A DNA stretch of 64,000 bases from Longimicrobiales bacterium (GCA_965198065.1 CBDAON010000004.1:800001-864000), one strand, 5' to 3'; shown: positions 1 through 11,521, counted from the stretch's first letter. Program-made: numbers and translations. The notes: generated by a model from the letters alone, not told the origin.

Positions 1-281
1 GTCTCGTCGAATTTGTGCGCCGCCAGGATCAGGCCGACGTTGCCTTCGTTGATGAGATCGGGAAGGAGCACGCCCTGGTTCTGATACTTCTTCGCCACGG
101 AGACCACGAACCGAAGGTTCGAGCGAACCAGTTTGTCGAGCGACTCCGCGTCCCCAGCCCGGATCCCCTGCGCAAGCCGAGCCTCCTCGTCCCGATCGAT
201 CAGCGGGTACTGGCTGATTTCCTTGAGGTACTGATCGAGGGACCCGTCCTTCACAACCCTTCGACGGGACGAAGAGCTCAT
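1..281 (-). CDS. RpoD/SigA-family sigma-70 factor lacking region 1.1 (N-terminal part; runs off the window)
   Basis: Manual translation [33 protein letters not shown]...[42 protein letters not shown] shows sigma regions 1.2 and 2. An alternative in-frame ATG lies at 287. Confidence 0.9.
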   Translation of the reverse strand, partial: MSSSSRRRVVKDGSLDQYLKEISQYPLIDRDEEARLAQGIRAGDAESLDKLVRSNLRFVVSVAKKYQNQGVLLPDLINEGNVGLILAAHKFDE

Positions 282-426
282 GGGCATCCACGCGCTCAGG
301 AACGAATCACCGGCGAGGGAGCTTCCCCCCCCGGACGTCATGATCGGGGACCCGGAGGCGTTCCGCAACACCCCGCCGGCTCGGGTGCCGCACCCGCCGA
401 ACGCTACTCGGCGAGCTTCGCGAGCG

Positions 427-1224
427 TCAGCGTACTACGCCGCCGATCCGATCCCAGCGCACGTTCCGCAGCCACGAAAAGGAACCCGCTGGGCGCGGCT
501 CGGAGGAGAAGTAGACCACCCACGGCCGCCCGCGGACGCTCGCCTGTTCCACGAAACCCCAGTACCTGGAGTCCTCCGAGTTGTCGCGATTGTCTCCCAA
601 CACGAACAAGCGATCGGGCGGAACGAGTAGGGGCCCCCAGTTATCCCTGGAGGGCCGGTAATCGGTGATGGACGCGGAGGACAGGAGGAAGTCCTTCTGC
701 CACGTCATGCCCGGATGGTAAGCGTCTCCGTATACGTCCAGGTAGCGAGCGTACGGCTCGTCCACCCTGACATTGTTCACGAATAGACGCTTCTCGCGCA
801 TCTCCAGGATGTCGCCCCCCAAACCGAGAAGCCGCTTGACGTAGTACCTGTCCGGTTCGTGCGGAGGGTTGAAGACGATGACCTCGCCGCGGTGAGGGGG
901 AGCGAGTGCGGGGAGGGAGAGGGGCGTCCCGGGAACGGTCGCCCCGTATACCGCCTTGTTCACGAGGAGGAAGTCGCCGGCCAAGAGCGTGCCCTCCATC
1001 GACGAGGTCGGGATCTTGAACGCGTCGACGAGGAAGGATCGAACGAGAAAGAAGACGACGAGAACGAGCGCGGCCGAACGGAGAAAGTCGAACGCGGCAC
1101 GCAGCCAGACGCCCGCACCGCCACGGCTCGGCGAGCCCGAGGTCACGCTCGGCTCCGTCCAGACCACCGGCTCGCCGGCCTCCGGTTCCCTCCCGACACC
1201 TTTCTGGGCGTGGAAGTCGTCCAT
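427..1224 (-). CDS. lepB: Signal peptidase I
   Basis: TM segment, then [13 protein letters not shown] (catalytic Ser), YVKRL (catalytic Lys) and [14 protein letters not shown]. Confidence 0.95.
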   Translation of the reverse strand: MDDFHAQKGVGREPEAGEPVVWTEPSVTSGSPSRGGAGVWLRAAFDFLRSAALVLVVFFLVRSFLVDAFKIPTSSMEGTLLAGDFLLVNKAVYGATVPGTPLSLPALAPPHRGEVIVFNPPHEPDRYYVKRLLGLGGDILEMREKRLFVNNVRVDEPYARYLDVYGDAYHPGMTWQKDFLLSSASITDYRPSRDNWGPLLVPPDRLFVLGDNRDNSEDSRYWGFVEQASVRGRPWVVYFSSEPRPAGSFSWLRNVRWDRIGGVVR

Positions 1225-1317
1225 GCTCAGCTCCCTGATTCGGCGGGCACGTGAAGGCCCGATTCCAGCTACCCGTCTCGTGAGGGGGTCGTTCCCCTGG
1301 ACGGGGGCCCGACGCCC

Positions 1318-2678
1318 CTACCCTTCCCGCTTCAGCGAAAACTTCTCGATCTTCTTATAAAGGTTCGAGCGCGGCATGTCGAGTGCCCTCGCGGTCTCCG
1401 AAACGTTCCAATCGAATTCGCGGAGCTTCCGGAGGAGGAACAGCCTCTCCGACCGGTCCTTGAAGTCCTGGAATCTGCCGGAGCGCATGAGCTCCGATCC
1501 GAGGCCGGCGTCCTCGTTCCCTCCCGCCACCAGGGCGTCCACGTCGGACGAGGTGATCCGATCGGACGGCGAGAGGATGAGGAGGCGCTCGACCGTGTTC
1601 CGAAGCTCCCTGGCATTTCCCGGCCACTCGAGGTCCTGGAGGCGAGACACGGCCTCGCGGGTCAGCTCTCGGGCCGGGAGCCCGTCGCGCTCCGTCATCA
1701 TGGCGACGAAGTGAGATACCAGGACGGGAATGTCCTCGCGGCGGTCGCGAAGGGGGGGGATGTGGGTCGGGACCACGTTCAGTCGATAGAAGAGGTCCTC
1801 GCGAAAGCGGCCCTCCTCGATCTCCGTGGCTGGGTCCTTGTTCGTGGCCGAGACCACGCGAACGTCCACGTCGCGAGCCCTCTGCCCGCCGACGCGAGTG
1901 ACCTGCCCCTCCTCAAGCGCGCGGAGAACCTTGGCCTGTGCCGCCAGCGACATGTCGCCGACCTCATCGAGGAAGAGCGTGCCCTCGTGTCCCTGCTCGA
2001 ACTTCCCCGCACGATCCTGGACCGCCCCGTGAACGACCCCTTCATGTGCCCGAAGAGCTCGGACTCGATCAGCTCCGATGGGATCGCCGCGCAGTTCACC
2101 TCCACGAACGGTCGAGAAGCCCGGCGCGACAGTCGGTGGATGGCCCTCGCCACGAGCTCCTTCCCGGTCCCGTTCTCCCCCGTGATCAGCACACGGGCGT
2201 CCGTGGGGGCCACCTTTTCGATGCGGTCCAGAACCCGCCGGATCGCTGCAGACTCACCCACGATCCGATGGCGAAGCTCCACCTCCGACTGGAGCTCGGC
2301 GACCGATTCGGTGAGACCGCGCACCTTCAGCGCGTTTCTGAGCGTGACGATCAGACGGTCGGTGTCGAGGGGCTTCTCGAGGAAGTCGTACGCCCCCCGT
2401 CGGGTCGCCTCGAGCGCCGTGTCGATCGTCCCGTGACCCGAGATCATGACGACCTGCGCCCGGGGTGCCAGCTCGCGCAGGCGGCCCAGAGCCTCGACCC
2501 CGTCCATCTCGGACATCTTGACGTCCAGGAACACTACATCGGGCGCTTCCGCGCGGACCGCCTCCAGTCCCTCGGCTCCGGATGCCGCGGTCACGACCTC
2601 GTGCCCCTCGTACTCGAAGAGCTGTCTCAGGACGTCGCGAATCGATTCCTCGTCGTCGACGATGAGGAGGCGAGCCAT
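1318..2678 (-). CDS. Sigma-54-dependent response regulator (NtrC/NtrX family), frameshifted near 2025
   Basis: Receiver domain and GENGTGKE Walker A in ORF 1779-2678, with [14 protein letters not shown]. It continues in another frame as LFLDEVGDM...[11 protein letters not shown]...[10 protein letters not shown] plus a Fis HTH (ORF 1318-1953). Confidence 0.9.
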
Positions 2679-2679
2679 C

Positions 2680-3257
2680 CTACCGCCGTTTGGAAGGGCT
2701 CTTCAGCGGGCTCTGGCGCAGCGCGCTGTACCTCGGGCCCTGCCGCGAGAGCTGACTACGCATCAGGTCCACCGTCTTCGTGACCACCCTTCCGCTAAAG
2801 GTTCGCGTCGCGCAGAGGTCGTCCAGCCCGCGGAACGCCCCGGCTCCCTCGTCCTCGTCGGCGCGAGCCAGCGTGACATGGGGGTGAAACGCTCGGGTCC
2901 CCCGCTCGAACCCGTGACCGGCGAGCCCCCCACTCGAGATCCTGCTTCAGGCAACGAAGCGCCGGCGAGGGCCTCAACGCCGACCCAGATCACCCGCGGA
3001 CGTCGGATGGTCGGAAACGCGCCGAACCCGGAGATCACAAGCGGGAACTCGCGTGTCTCCTTCGCCACACGATCGATCACTCTCTCGGCGACCGGTACGA
3101 GCTCGGTGCGCACCTCCCCCAGGAACTTGAGCGTGAGGTGATAGCGGTCGTACTCCAACCATCGCACGGGGAAGCCCGCATCCCGAAGGTGCTTTGAGGC
3201 GTTGTAGATCCTCTTCTTCTCCTTCCTCGGCAGGTTCAGGGCGATGAAGAGGCGCAT
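2680..3257 (-). CDS. thpR: RNA 2',3'-cyclic phosphodiesterase (2H family), frameshifted
   Basis: [10 protein letters not shown] start, first HxT motif [20 protein letters not shown], and second motif FHPHVTLAR after frame changes near 2920-2975. Confidence 0.85.
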
Positions 3258-3414
3258 CGGGTGTGGCGGAGGGGGCGCGTTTTCCAGTCGACTACCGAGC
3301 TCGGTCAGCGTGGGCTGCCCGATTCTATCCGTTCGGTGAAGGGGCGACAACCGGACGAGCCGGCTTGACGCCCGAGGACCCGATTTCCTACCTTGGACCG
3401 CGAAGGAAAAGACG

Positions 3415-3616
3415 CGAACGGGGCATGGTGCGCGCGGCCGGCGATAATCGGTCGAGCGCAGCCAGGAAGCCGGCGTAATTCCGGCGCGGCCCCGCCACTG
3501 TGAGAGGCCCGGCCCCATCTGTGGGGATCCGGAATGGGCCCGCTCGACGAACCACTGGGACCTCGGTCCCGGGAAGGTGAGCGGCGCCGCCTCGAGCCAG
3601 GAGACCGCCCCGTTCG
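3415..3616 (+). promoter_or_regulatory. Cobalamin (B12) riboswitch
   Basis: Core elements AGGAAGCCGG-CGTAATT-CCGGCGCGGCCCCGCCACTGTGA, CCACTGGG...GGGAAGGT and B12 box GAGCCAGGAGACC. The closing helix is CGAACGGGGC (3415-3424) / GCCCCGTTCG (3607-3616). It lies upstream of a TonB-dependent receptor. Confidence 0.93.
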
Positions 3617-3848
3617 TGCCCGACAGCAGCCCTTCGAGGGAGGGCGCGCGGGCGTCCGGACCTCGGCGTCCCGGAGCGGCCCGTTCCCCGCAAGGGAGAC
3701 GGGCCGATTTGTTTCACGCACCTCTCTTGGCCGCATTTCAGGCTCCCCGCCGGGAGCGCCGGTTCGACCTCGGTGCTCTCCGTCCTCGGCGTGCGCTGTC
3801 CCCGGCAGTATCGACAGCCTACTACCCCCCAAACCGAGGCCTTGCCCC

Positions 3849-5907
3849 ATGAGTCAGACGATCCTGCCCGCGCGCCCCCCGCGAATCCCGCGGGCCCCTA
3901 GCGCCCCGATCCTTTCCGAGATCCTCGCCGGAGCCCTCCTCTCCCTTGCTGCTCTCGTCTCGAACCCGCCGGGACTCCGCGGACAGGAGCCCACGGGTGG
4001 GCCCGACGACCCGTTCCTCCTTCCACGCGTCGTCGTGAGCGCGACGCGGGTGCCGATCGAGTGGGACCGGCTCCCCACGCCGGTCTCGGTGTTGACCGGA
4101 GCCAGAATTCGCAGGCTCGGGATTCGGACTGTCGGCGATGCGCTCCGAAGCGTTCCAGGGCTCCACGTCTTCCGCTCCGCCTCCGCTGGATCCCAGACGT
4201 CGGTGTTCGTGCGCGGGGGCGAGAGCGACTACGTGAAGGTCCTCGTGGACGGCGTTCCGGTGAACGAAGCGGGAGGCGCGATCGACTTCGCCGACCTCTC
4301 GACGGACCAGGTCGAGCGCATCGAGGTAGTGCGGGGGCCGGCAAGCGTCCTCTACGGGTCCGATGCCGTGTCAGGCGTCATCCAGATCTTTACCCGAAGG
4401 GGCCGCGGCGAGCCTCGGCTCGAGGCCACCGTTTCCGGTGGAATCGGCGAGCGCCGGCTGGACGATGGAACTCACGCGGTGATGGAGGCCGAGGCTTCCC
4501 TGACGGGCTCGACAGACGCGCTCTCCTATTCGATCGGCGGAGGCCGCTCGTGGAGCGGTGGCACCTATCCACTAAACAACGAGAACGAGCTGAACACTGT
4601 GAGCGGCCGCCTCGGCTGGAGCGACGGGGGGACTGCCGCGGTCGCGCTCGCGACCCGGTTCGGGGACGGCGAGTTCCGGTTCCCGACCGATTTGGCGGGA
4701 AACCTCGCCGACGATAACCAGCGTGCCGATCGCCGGAGCTGGACGACGTCCCTTCTCGCCCGTCGCCGGCTGAGTCCTCGTGTCGAAGCCGAGCTCCAGC
4801 TGGGCTTGGCCGACCGCGAACAAATCTCCCGTGACGAACCGGACGGACCAGACGACACGAGGGGCTTTTTCGCCTCGGTCTATGATTCCGAGGTCCAACG
4901 GAGCTCGGCCGACCTGCGTGTGACGACCTTGCTCGACGGAGCCTCGGTCACGATCGGCGGAGCCTTCGAGCGGGCGACGGGTGACATCGCGTACAGCTCC
5001 GACAGCGAGTTTGGGGAGTCCGAAGCATCCGCGGACTTCGAGCGGTCGAACGCGGCCGGCTACCTCGAGGTGCTCGCCGCACCGCTCGCGGGCGTCCAGG
5101 CGACCCTGGGTGCTCGGATGGACGACAACGAGACGTTCGGGAGCTTCGACACGTACAGAGTCGGCGTGTCTTGGAGCGCCTCGCCGGGCATTCGCGTCCG
5201 GGGTGCCCTCGGGCGCGCGTTCCGTGAGCCCACGTTCGCAGAGAATTTCGGGAGCGGCTTCGCCGACAACGGGAACCCCGATCTGGTTCCCGAGCGGACG
5301 CGGAGCTGGGAGGTCGGGCTAGAGGGAGCCCTCGGTCCGGTCGTCCTCTCCGGCACGTGGTTCGATCAGCACTTCCGCGACCTCATCCAGTATACGTTCG
5401 TCACGAGCGACCCAGCCGACCCCAATTACATGAACGTGGGGCGCGCGAAGGCGTCCGGTCTCGAGGTCGCGGCCGAGGGTGGATGGGGCCCGATCGCGCT
5501 GAACGCATCCTATATGTATCTGGACACGGAGGTCGTGGATCCGGGGCTCGCGACCGACGCTACGTTCGTCCAGGGAGAGCCGCTCCTCAGGCGCCCCGCG
5601 AGTTCGGGCTCTTTGTCGCTCGGTCTGGGCCACGACCGGGGGAACGTCGGAGCGGTCGTGAGCCTGGTCGGAGGGCGCGAGGACGTAGATTTTGGCGCGG
5701 GCTTCCCCGCCCCTCGGGTTACGCTCGGGAGCTACGCTACTGTCGACGTCTCGGCGGACTACCGGCTCCCCGATCTCGGCCGCGCCGGCGCACGCTTCGT
5801 CCTCAAGCTCGAGAACCTCCTAGATGCCGACTACGAGGGGAATCGTGGGTTTTCCCGCGCCGGGGCGGGTCGTACGCCTCGGCCTGGCGGTTGAGATGGG
5901 AGGATGA
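3849..5907 (+). CDS. btuB: TonB-dependent cobalamin receptor (C-terminal frameshift near 5840)
   Basis: Plug motifs VVVSATR, VFVRGGESDYVKVLVDG and ERIEVVRGPASVLYGSDAVSGVIQIFT, plus barrel motifs GNPDLVPE and ENLLD. It follows the B12 riboswitch. The shifted frame gives GFPAPGRVVRLG, ending at a TGA that overlaps the next ATG. Confidence 0.88.
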
Positions 5908-6461
5908 GGAGCCTCCTCGTGGTGACCGGAACGATCCCGGCCGTCGCGGCGACGCGTGTGCTCCCTCATCCCATGAACTTCACATCGGTGGGGGCGATGG
6001 CTCTGTTCGGGGGCGCGTGCGTCCGTCCGCGCGCACTCGGGTTCCTCGTGCCACTGGCCGCTATTATCGCGGGAGACGTCGCCATGGTTGGGCGTCGGGG
6101 GACTGGTCGCTGACCTTCCACCCGCTCGTTCCCGCGGTGTACGGGAGCTTTGCGCCCGTGACGTGGATCGGGACGGGCCTCGCGGATCGGCGGACGTTCG
6201 CCCCGATCGCCGTCGGGACGCTCGCGGGCTCCGCTCTCTACTTCGTCGTTGGCGACCTGGGCCCTTCTCACGACGTATGCGAAGACCTGGGAAGGGCTGG
6301 TAGCCTGTTACGCAGCCGGCCTTCCCTACTTGCTGAACACCGTCGCGGGCGACGCGCTTTACGCTGCGATCCTCTTCGGGTCGCTCTCGTGGCTCGAGGG
6401 ACGCTTCCCCTCGCTCCGCACGACGCTCGCGCCGGGGCGTCACAGACCGAGGACGTCGTGA
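5904..6461 (+). CDS. DUF6580-like small membrane protein (putative cobalamin transporter), frameshifted
   Basis: RVLPHPMNFTSVGAMALFGGA N-terminal motif, GSALYFVV, and the C-terminal Y..TWEGLVACYAAGLPYLLNTVAGDALYAAILFG, spread over several frames. Confidence 0.7.
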
Positions 6462-6504
6462 GCTTGAGCGCTCCCACGTACGGAACGCCGGGAACGGAGG
6501 GCGT

Positions 6505-7579
6505 GTGAGGATCGTGTCCCTGCTCCCAAGCGCTACTGAGATGATCTGCGGCGTGGGGCGGGGACAAGACCTCGTGGGGGTCACGCACGAGTGCGACTTC
6601 CCGCCCCGCGTGCGCGGGCTCCCCGCCGTAACGAACACGCTCATCCCTTCGGACACGTCGAGCCGCGAGATCGACACCCTCGTGCGAGAGCGCCTCACGA
6701 AGAGCCGCTTCTCTCTACACGCTGGACCTCCCCGTGCTCGAGGCGCTCCGGCCGAACCTGATCGTCACCCAAACGCTCTGCCAGGTCTGCGCGGTCGCGG
6801 AGGACGAGGTTCGGGCCGCCGCATGTGGGCTCCCTGGTAAGCCGGAGGTCCTGAACCTCGAGCCGGAAAGGCTCGAGGACGTGCTCAGGGCGATCCGCGA
6901 GGTGGGGTGGGCGACTGGCGCCACGCGGGTGGCCGACGCGTTCGTCGCGAGCCTCGAGGCTCGGGTGGAGCGCGTGGCCGAGGGCGGGGCACGGATCCGA
7001 GAGCGCCCGCGCGTTCTCCTCTTGGAATGGCTGGATCCTCCCTTCTCGTCCGGGCACTGGAACCCCCAGCTCGTCCGGGTCGCCGGGGGGATCGAAGTGC
7101 TCGGGCGCGAGGGCGAACGGTCGCGAACGGTCTCGTGGGAGGAGGTGATCGCCTCCGGCCCCGAGGCGGTGATCGTGTCATGCTGCGGGTACGATCTCGA
7201 GCGCACCGTCCGCGATCTTCCCATCCTCGAGTCCGTTCCCGGGTGGGCCCGGACGCCGGCGGCGAGATCGGGACGCGTCTACTTGGTGGACGGATCCCAG
7301 TACTTCAGCCGGCCCGGACCGCGGCTCGTGGACAGCCTGGAGATTTTCGCCCACGCCCTGCACCCGACGGTGCACCCGGCACCCACGGCCTGGTCCCGGG
7401 CGGTCAGACGGGAGCCTGCCGCCGCCGGGCTGTGCAGGTCGTGCCGCCACCGGCGAGACGTCTCGTCCAGGCGGGGGAGCCGCTTCGTCTTGTGTCTGCG
7501 CTCTCGCGACGATCCTGCCTTTCCGAAGTATCCCGAGCTCCCGGTCACGCGCTGTTCGGGATTCGAGCTCAGGGCCTGA
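6505..7579 (+). CDS. BtuF-like cobalamin-binding protein without a signal peptide, with a C-terminal Cys-rich domain (frameshift near 6710)
   Basis: MRIVSLLPSATEMIC, VGVTHECDFP, TQTLCQVCAV, LEWLDPPFSSGHWNP and YFSRPGPRLVDSLE, followed by the tail CRSCRH...C...PKYPELPVTRC. Confidence 0.8.
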
Positions 7580-7658
7580 GTGCGCCGGGACCACTCCTCT
7601 GCGGAACGGCTCTGGCAGATTCCCGCCGGTCAGGGCACGCGTGGGCCCAAAACGGCGC

Positions 7659-8528
7659 TCAGCGCATCATTGCGTAGATGAGGTAGTTCACGCCGAGCTG
7701 ATACGCGGCGTTCGTGGGATCGAGCCCGAAACGTCCTTCGGGAAACTCCCAGTACTCCGCCAGGTCGGAGTTGTGGTTAGCGAGGACCATCACCCTCTTC
7801 GTCGGATCGTTGTCCTCGTACATCGCCTGGTAGTTGGGAATCACTCGAACCAGCGGGTGCGGGACGTAGATGTCCTCAACCACCCAATACGACCGGAAGA
7901 TCGGGTGAGACGGGTCGAGCTCGAACCACACGTATTCGGGGACCGCCCTCCGCATTTGGGCGGCCATGTTGTCCCACTGCTGTAGCTCGAAGTCATCAAA
8001 GATCAGGAAGCCGCCCTTGAGCAGGAACTCGCGCAGGTTCAGAGCCCCCTCGTCCGACACGCTCCAGTATCCCGGCTCCGACATGTAGAGGATCGGATAC
8101 TGAAAGATCCTCGGATCCTCCAGGTCCAGGACGTTGGTCCCCTCGGTGTTCGTGCGAAGGTGCGTGAACTCGTCCACGATGAACTGGAGGTTCCGATCCG
8201 CATACGGGTAGTCGTGGTTCCACGCCGAGCTTCCCCCGAAGCCGCGGAACCCGCCGCCACCTCCATACCGGACGCGAGTAAAGGTGAAATACCCGTTGTA
8301 GGGAACCTGATAGAGAGACTGCGCCCCGGACTGGGCGTCGAGCGGGCTCGGGCCGAGCGGACCGTTCCTGAGCGGACCCGGGCTGCCCGGGACCTTGGAC
8401 TCTCGAGGTCCCGTGCCCAACGATCCCTCGGGCACCGGCGTGTCCGTCGGGCCGGCCGCGAGGGCCCAGGTGGCCGCGACGACGAGTCCCGGGACCATCA
8501 AGTGCGGAAGCCGCGGGCGGAACATCAT
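7659..8528 (-). CDS. DUF4159 domain-containing secreted protein
   Basis: Signal-like N-terminus; FTFTRVRY...WNHDYPYADRN, YPILYMSEPG, LREFLLKGGFLIFDDF and AYQLGVNYLIYAM. Confidence 0.8.
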   Translation of the reverse strand: MMFRPRLPHLMVPGLVVAATWALAAGPTDTPVPEGSLGTGPRESKVPGSPGPLRNGPLGPSPLDAQSGAQSLYQVPYNGYFTFTRVRYGGGGGFRGFGGSSAWNHDYPYADRNLQFIVDEFTHLRTNTEGTNVLDLEDPRIFQYPILYMSEPGYWSVSDEGALNLREFLLKGGFLIFDDFELQQWDNMAAQMRRAVPEYVWFELDPSHPIFRSYWVVEDIYVPHPLVRVIPNYQAMYEDNDPTKRVMVLANHNSDLAEYWEFPEGRFGLDPTNAAYQLGVNYLIYAMMR

Positions 8529-8720
8529 GCTCTCACTCTACATCCCCGGCGGCCCGGGCGAAATCGCGGTCGGAGTCCAGCGAGTGACAGTGTCAGCCGT
8601 GACGTCGGACAGTAGCGAGCTCCGACTGATGCCCGGAGAGAGGCGCGACGACATAAAGCAGCGCCAGAAAGGGGGAAGACGTATGCCAGTGATGGAAGGG
8701 TAGCGGACACGGGTGAGCGC

Positions 8721-9401
8721 TCACTCCTCACCCATCGGCCCTTGAACGACGAGAGACCCGGCGACGAGATCGAACGCACGCTGCCTACGGCGCGTGAAGA
8801 GCGCGACCAGCGCGTCCAGCCAGAAGAACTCGAAGACGAAGGGAACCCTTCGGACGAGGACTCTCCCCAAGGAGAGCCGCGTGCCGTCCTGGGCCACTAC
8901 GTACAGGCCCATGAGGTGCTTTCCGACCGTCGTCTCCCAGCGTGCCTCTGCGATCGGAAAGTAGAGAAGGGATGACACTGCCGTCGAGACGGCCAACAAC
9001 GCGAGGGTGAACCCTATGGCGGTCAGAGGACTCACGACCAAGGCAGACCGGAAGGCTTCCAGCCACATGCCTCCAGGTGGGAAGCTCGGGACAAGGAAGC
9101 GGAGGACAGAGCCGAGAACGTAGACGAAGACAAAGACGAGAGGCAATCCTGCCACAATGTCTATGAGGAACGCGAATACGCGCCGACCGATCGGAGCTGG
9201 GCGAAGCGGTATTGCTCTCATCACCGCTGCCGCAAACTCGCGTGGCCTCCCCATGCCTCTCACCACGGCGTCTTCCACCTCCCCACTCTCGATCCGGTCC
9301 GCAAGATGCCTCCGCAGGTCGGCAAGCACTTCCTGCCGCGAACCGTGCCAGCGTGGCAGCCGGCGGTCTACAGCGGCGACAAAGTCATTGACTGTCCTCA
9401 C
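8721..9401 (-). CDS. RDD-family membrane protein with an N-terminal HAAS-like cytoplasmic domain
   Basis: EVLADLRRHL...GMGRPREFA (HAAS-like), then APIGRRVFAFLID, TVGKHLMGLYVV and RQRAFDLVAGSLVV (RDD). Its GTG overlaps the PadR stop. Confidence 0.8.
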   Translation of the reverse strand: MRTVNDFVAAVDRRLPRWHGSRQEVLADLRRHLADRIESGEVEDAVVRGMGRPREFAAAVMRAIPLRPAPIGRRVFAFLIDIVAGLPLVFVFVYVLGSVLRFLVPSFPPGGMWLEAFRSALVVSPLTAIGFTLALLAVSTAVSSLLYFPIAEARWETTVGKHLMGLYVVAQDGTRLSLGRVLVRRVPFVFEFFWLDALVALFTRRRQRAFDLVAGSLVVQGPMGEE

Positions 9402-9730
9402 GTCACTCCTTCTGGCGCAAGTAGCGCCTCCATCACGGTTACGAAGCGCTCCCATTCGGCAGTCAGCCTGTCCAGCTCCTCCTCCCCGGCCGCAGTGATC
9501 CGATAGTACTTGCGTGGCACGCCCCTCTCCTGCGTGTGCCACCGAGGCTCGATCCGCCCGGCCTCCTCGAGTCGGTAAAGAACGGGGTAGAGACTGCCCT
9601 CCTTCATTTCGTAAGCGCCGTCGCTTCTCTCTGCGAGCTCAGACGTCATCTCGTATCCGTACCGCTCCTTCTCAACAAGAACCCTGAGGAGAACGAGTTC
9701 TAGCGTGCCCCTCTTCAGTTCGGGATTCAC
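9398..9730 (-). CDS. PadR-family transcriptional regulator
   Basis: ELKRGTLELVLL...YGYEM...EGSLYPVLYRLE...PRKYYRITAAG. The start could be GTG 9730 or TTG 9745. Confidence 0.92.
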   Translation of the reverse strand: MNPELKRGTLELVLLRVLVEKERYGYEMTSELAERSDGAYEMKEGSLYPVLYRLEEAGRIEPRWHTQERGVPRKYYRITAAGEEELDRLTAEWERFVTVMEALLAPEGVT

Positions 9731-9762
9731 CTGTGTCGTCCCCAATAGTATGTATCATAAAC

Positions 9763-9781
9763 TACCTTGTAACACAAGGTA
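9763..9781. promoter_or_regulatory. Perfect palindrome TACCTTGT-AAC-ACAAGGTA, probable PadR operator
   Basis: 8-bp perfect inverted repeat in an AT-rich patch directly upstream of padR. Confidence 0.65.
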
Positions 9782-9837
9782 ATGGTGCAAGAAAGATAGG
9801 GCAAGTGGAGCGACACCTGAGCGGAACCCTCACCCTC

Positions 9838-11391
9838 TCACACCGCCCGGTACTGGATCGCCTCCGCGAGATGCTCTTCGCGGATGCCGGCCGCCCCGTC
9901 CAGGTCCGCGACCGTCCGCGCGACCTTGAGCACTCGGTGGATCCCTCTAGGCGACAGGCAGAGCCGATCGCACGCGTCCTCGAGCAACCGCCCGCCGGCC
10001 ACGTCCACCGCGCACCACTTCCTCAGCTGGCTGGGGGTGAGCGTCGCGTTACAGAGCCCCTTCCCGCCCGTGCCGACGTCTCGCGGCGTCCTACCTGCGG
10101 TCGCTCGCTGCCGATCCAGCTGGAGATCCCGCGCCGCACGCACGCGCTCGCGCACCGTTGTGGAGGACTCGCCGGCCGGAGCTCGGTGGAGCTCGGAAAA
10201 CGAGAGCGCTGGGACCTCGATCTGAATGTCGATCCGATCGCGAAGTGGGCCGGAGATCCGTGAGCGGGTAACGCGCGACCTGAGTGGGATCGCACGTGCA
10301 GCTCCGCCTAGCGTCCCCGAGATGGCCGCACTCGCACGGGTTCATCGCCGCGACGAGCATGAAACGAGAAGGGAAGCCCAGACGCTCCCTCGCACGCACG
10401 ACCGAGATCCATCCGTCCTCCATCGGCTGTCGGAGGGCCTCGAGGACACCCCTCGAGAACTCGGGCAGCTCGTCGAGAAGAGCACGCCGTGATGCGCGAG
10501 GCTCACCTCCCCGGGGCGAAGCGGAGACCCTCCCCCCGCAAGCCCCGCCCGCGAGACCGTGTGATGGGGGGCCCGAAATGGGCGGCAGCGGATCAGAGCC
10601 TCTCCCGGCGGGAGGAGCCCAGCAACCGAATGAATGGTCGTCACATCGAGGGACTCGTCCGGGGTGAGCGGGGGGAGGATCCCCCCGAGGCGACGGGCCA
10701 GCATCGTCTTCCCCGAGCCGGGCGGGCCGAGGAGGAGGACGTTGTGTCCCCCGGCGGCCGCCACCTCGAGCGCCCGCTTGACGCCGGCGTGCCCCCGGAC
10801 GTCGGTCAGATCCTGCCCATCCTCGGGTGACTCGGCCAGGAGATCCGCAATACGGACTGTGACGGCCGGCGCCCCCCGCTCCCCGACGAGCTCGGCCACG
10901 ACCTCCGCGAGCGAATGCGCTCCGATCACACGCACGGTCCCGGCCCCGGCCGCGGCTTCCCTGGCATTGGCCCGCGGCACGACGAGCGAGCGCACGCCCT
11001 CGGCGCGGCAGGCCGCCGCTACGGCCAGCGTGCCCCGCACGGGGCGAAGCTCGCCGTTCAGGCCGAGCTCCCCGATGAACGCGCGTCCGCGTACGGCATC
11101 GAGCGGGAGGTGTCCGGCGCCGGCCAAAAGCCCTAGGGCTAGCGGCAGGTCGAACCCGCTTCCCTCCTTCCGGAGGTCCGCTGGGGCCAGGTTGATCGTG
11201 ATTCGGCGCGGCGGTATCCGGTAACCCGCCGCCTGAAGGGCCGCCCGAACACGGTCACGCCCCTCCCGCACGGCCCCTTGCGGGAGGCCCACGATAGAGA
11301 TGGACGGGAGCCCGTCCGCCACGCTCACCTCGACGCGGACCAGCACGCACTCCACCCCGACGAGGACCCCGGAGAGGACCTCCGCGAGCAC
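9838..11391 (-). CDS. comM: YifB/ComM Mg-chelatase-like AAA+ ATPase (frameshifts near 10480 and 10265)
   Basis: RITINLAPADLRKEGSGFDLP, GPPGSGKT, PFRAPHHT, PGEVSLAHHGVLF, AAMNPCECG and KVARTVADL...HLAEAIQYR. Confidence 0.9.
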
Positions 11392-11521
11392 GTCTCCGCT
11401 CCCGTCGCCGCCGGGTCGCTCGGCTCCCGTCCCTCGGCCGGCGTCTGCGGGAGGCGGATGCCCTTACCTTTCCAGGTTCAGGCCGCGGGAGGGGCGCCGC
11501 GATGGCCGTCCGAGCCAGCGA

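Noticed and set aside
8570..8627. GTCGGAG/CTCCGAC inverted repeat enclosing the palindrome TGACAGTGTCA upstream of DUF4159
   Set aside because: Short, single occurrence and matches no RNA family or operator I recognise.
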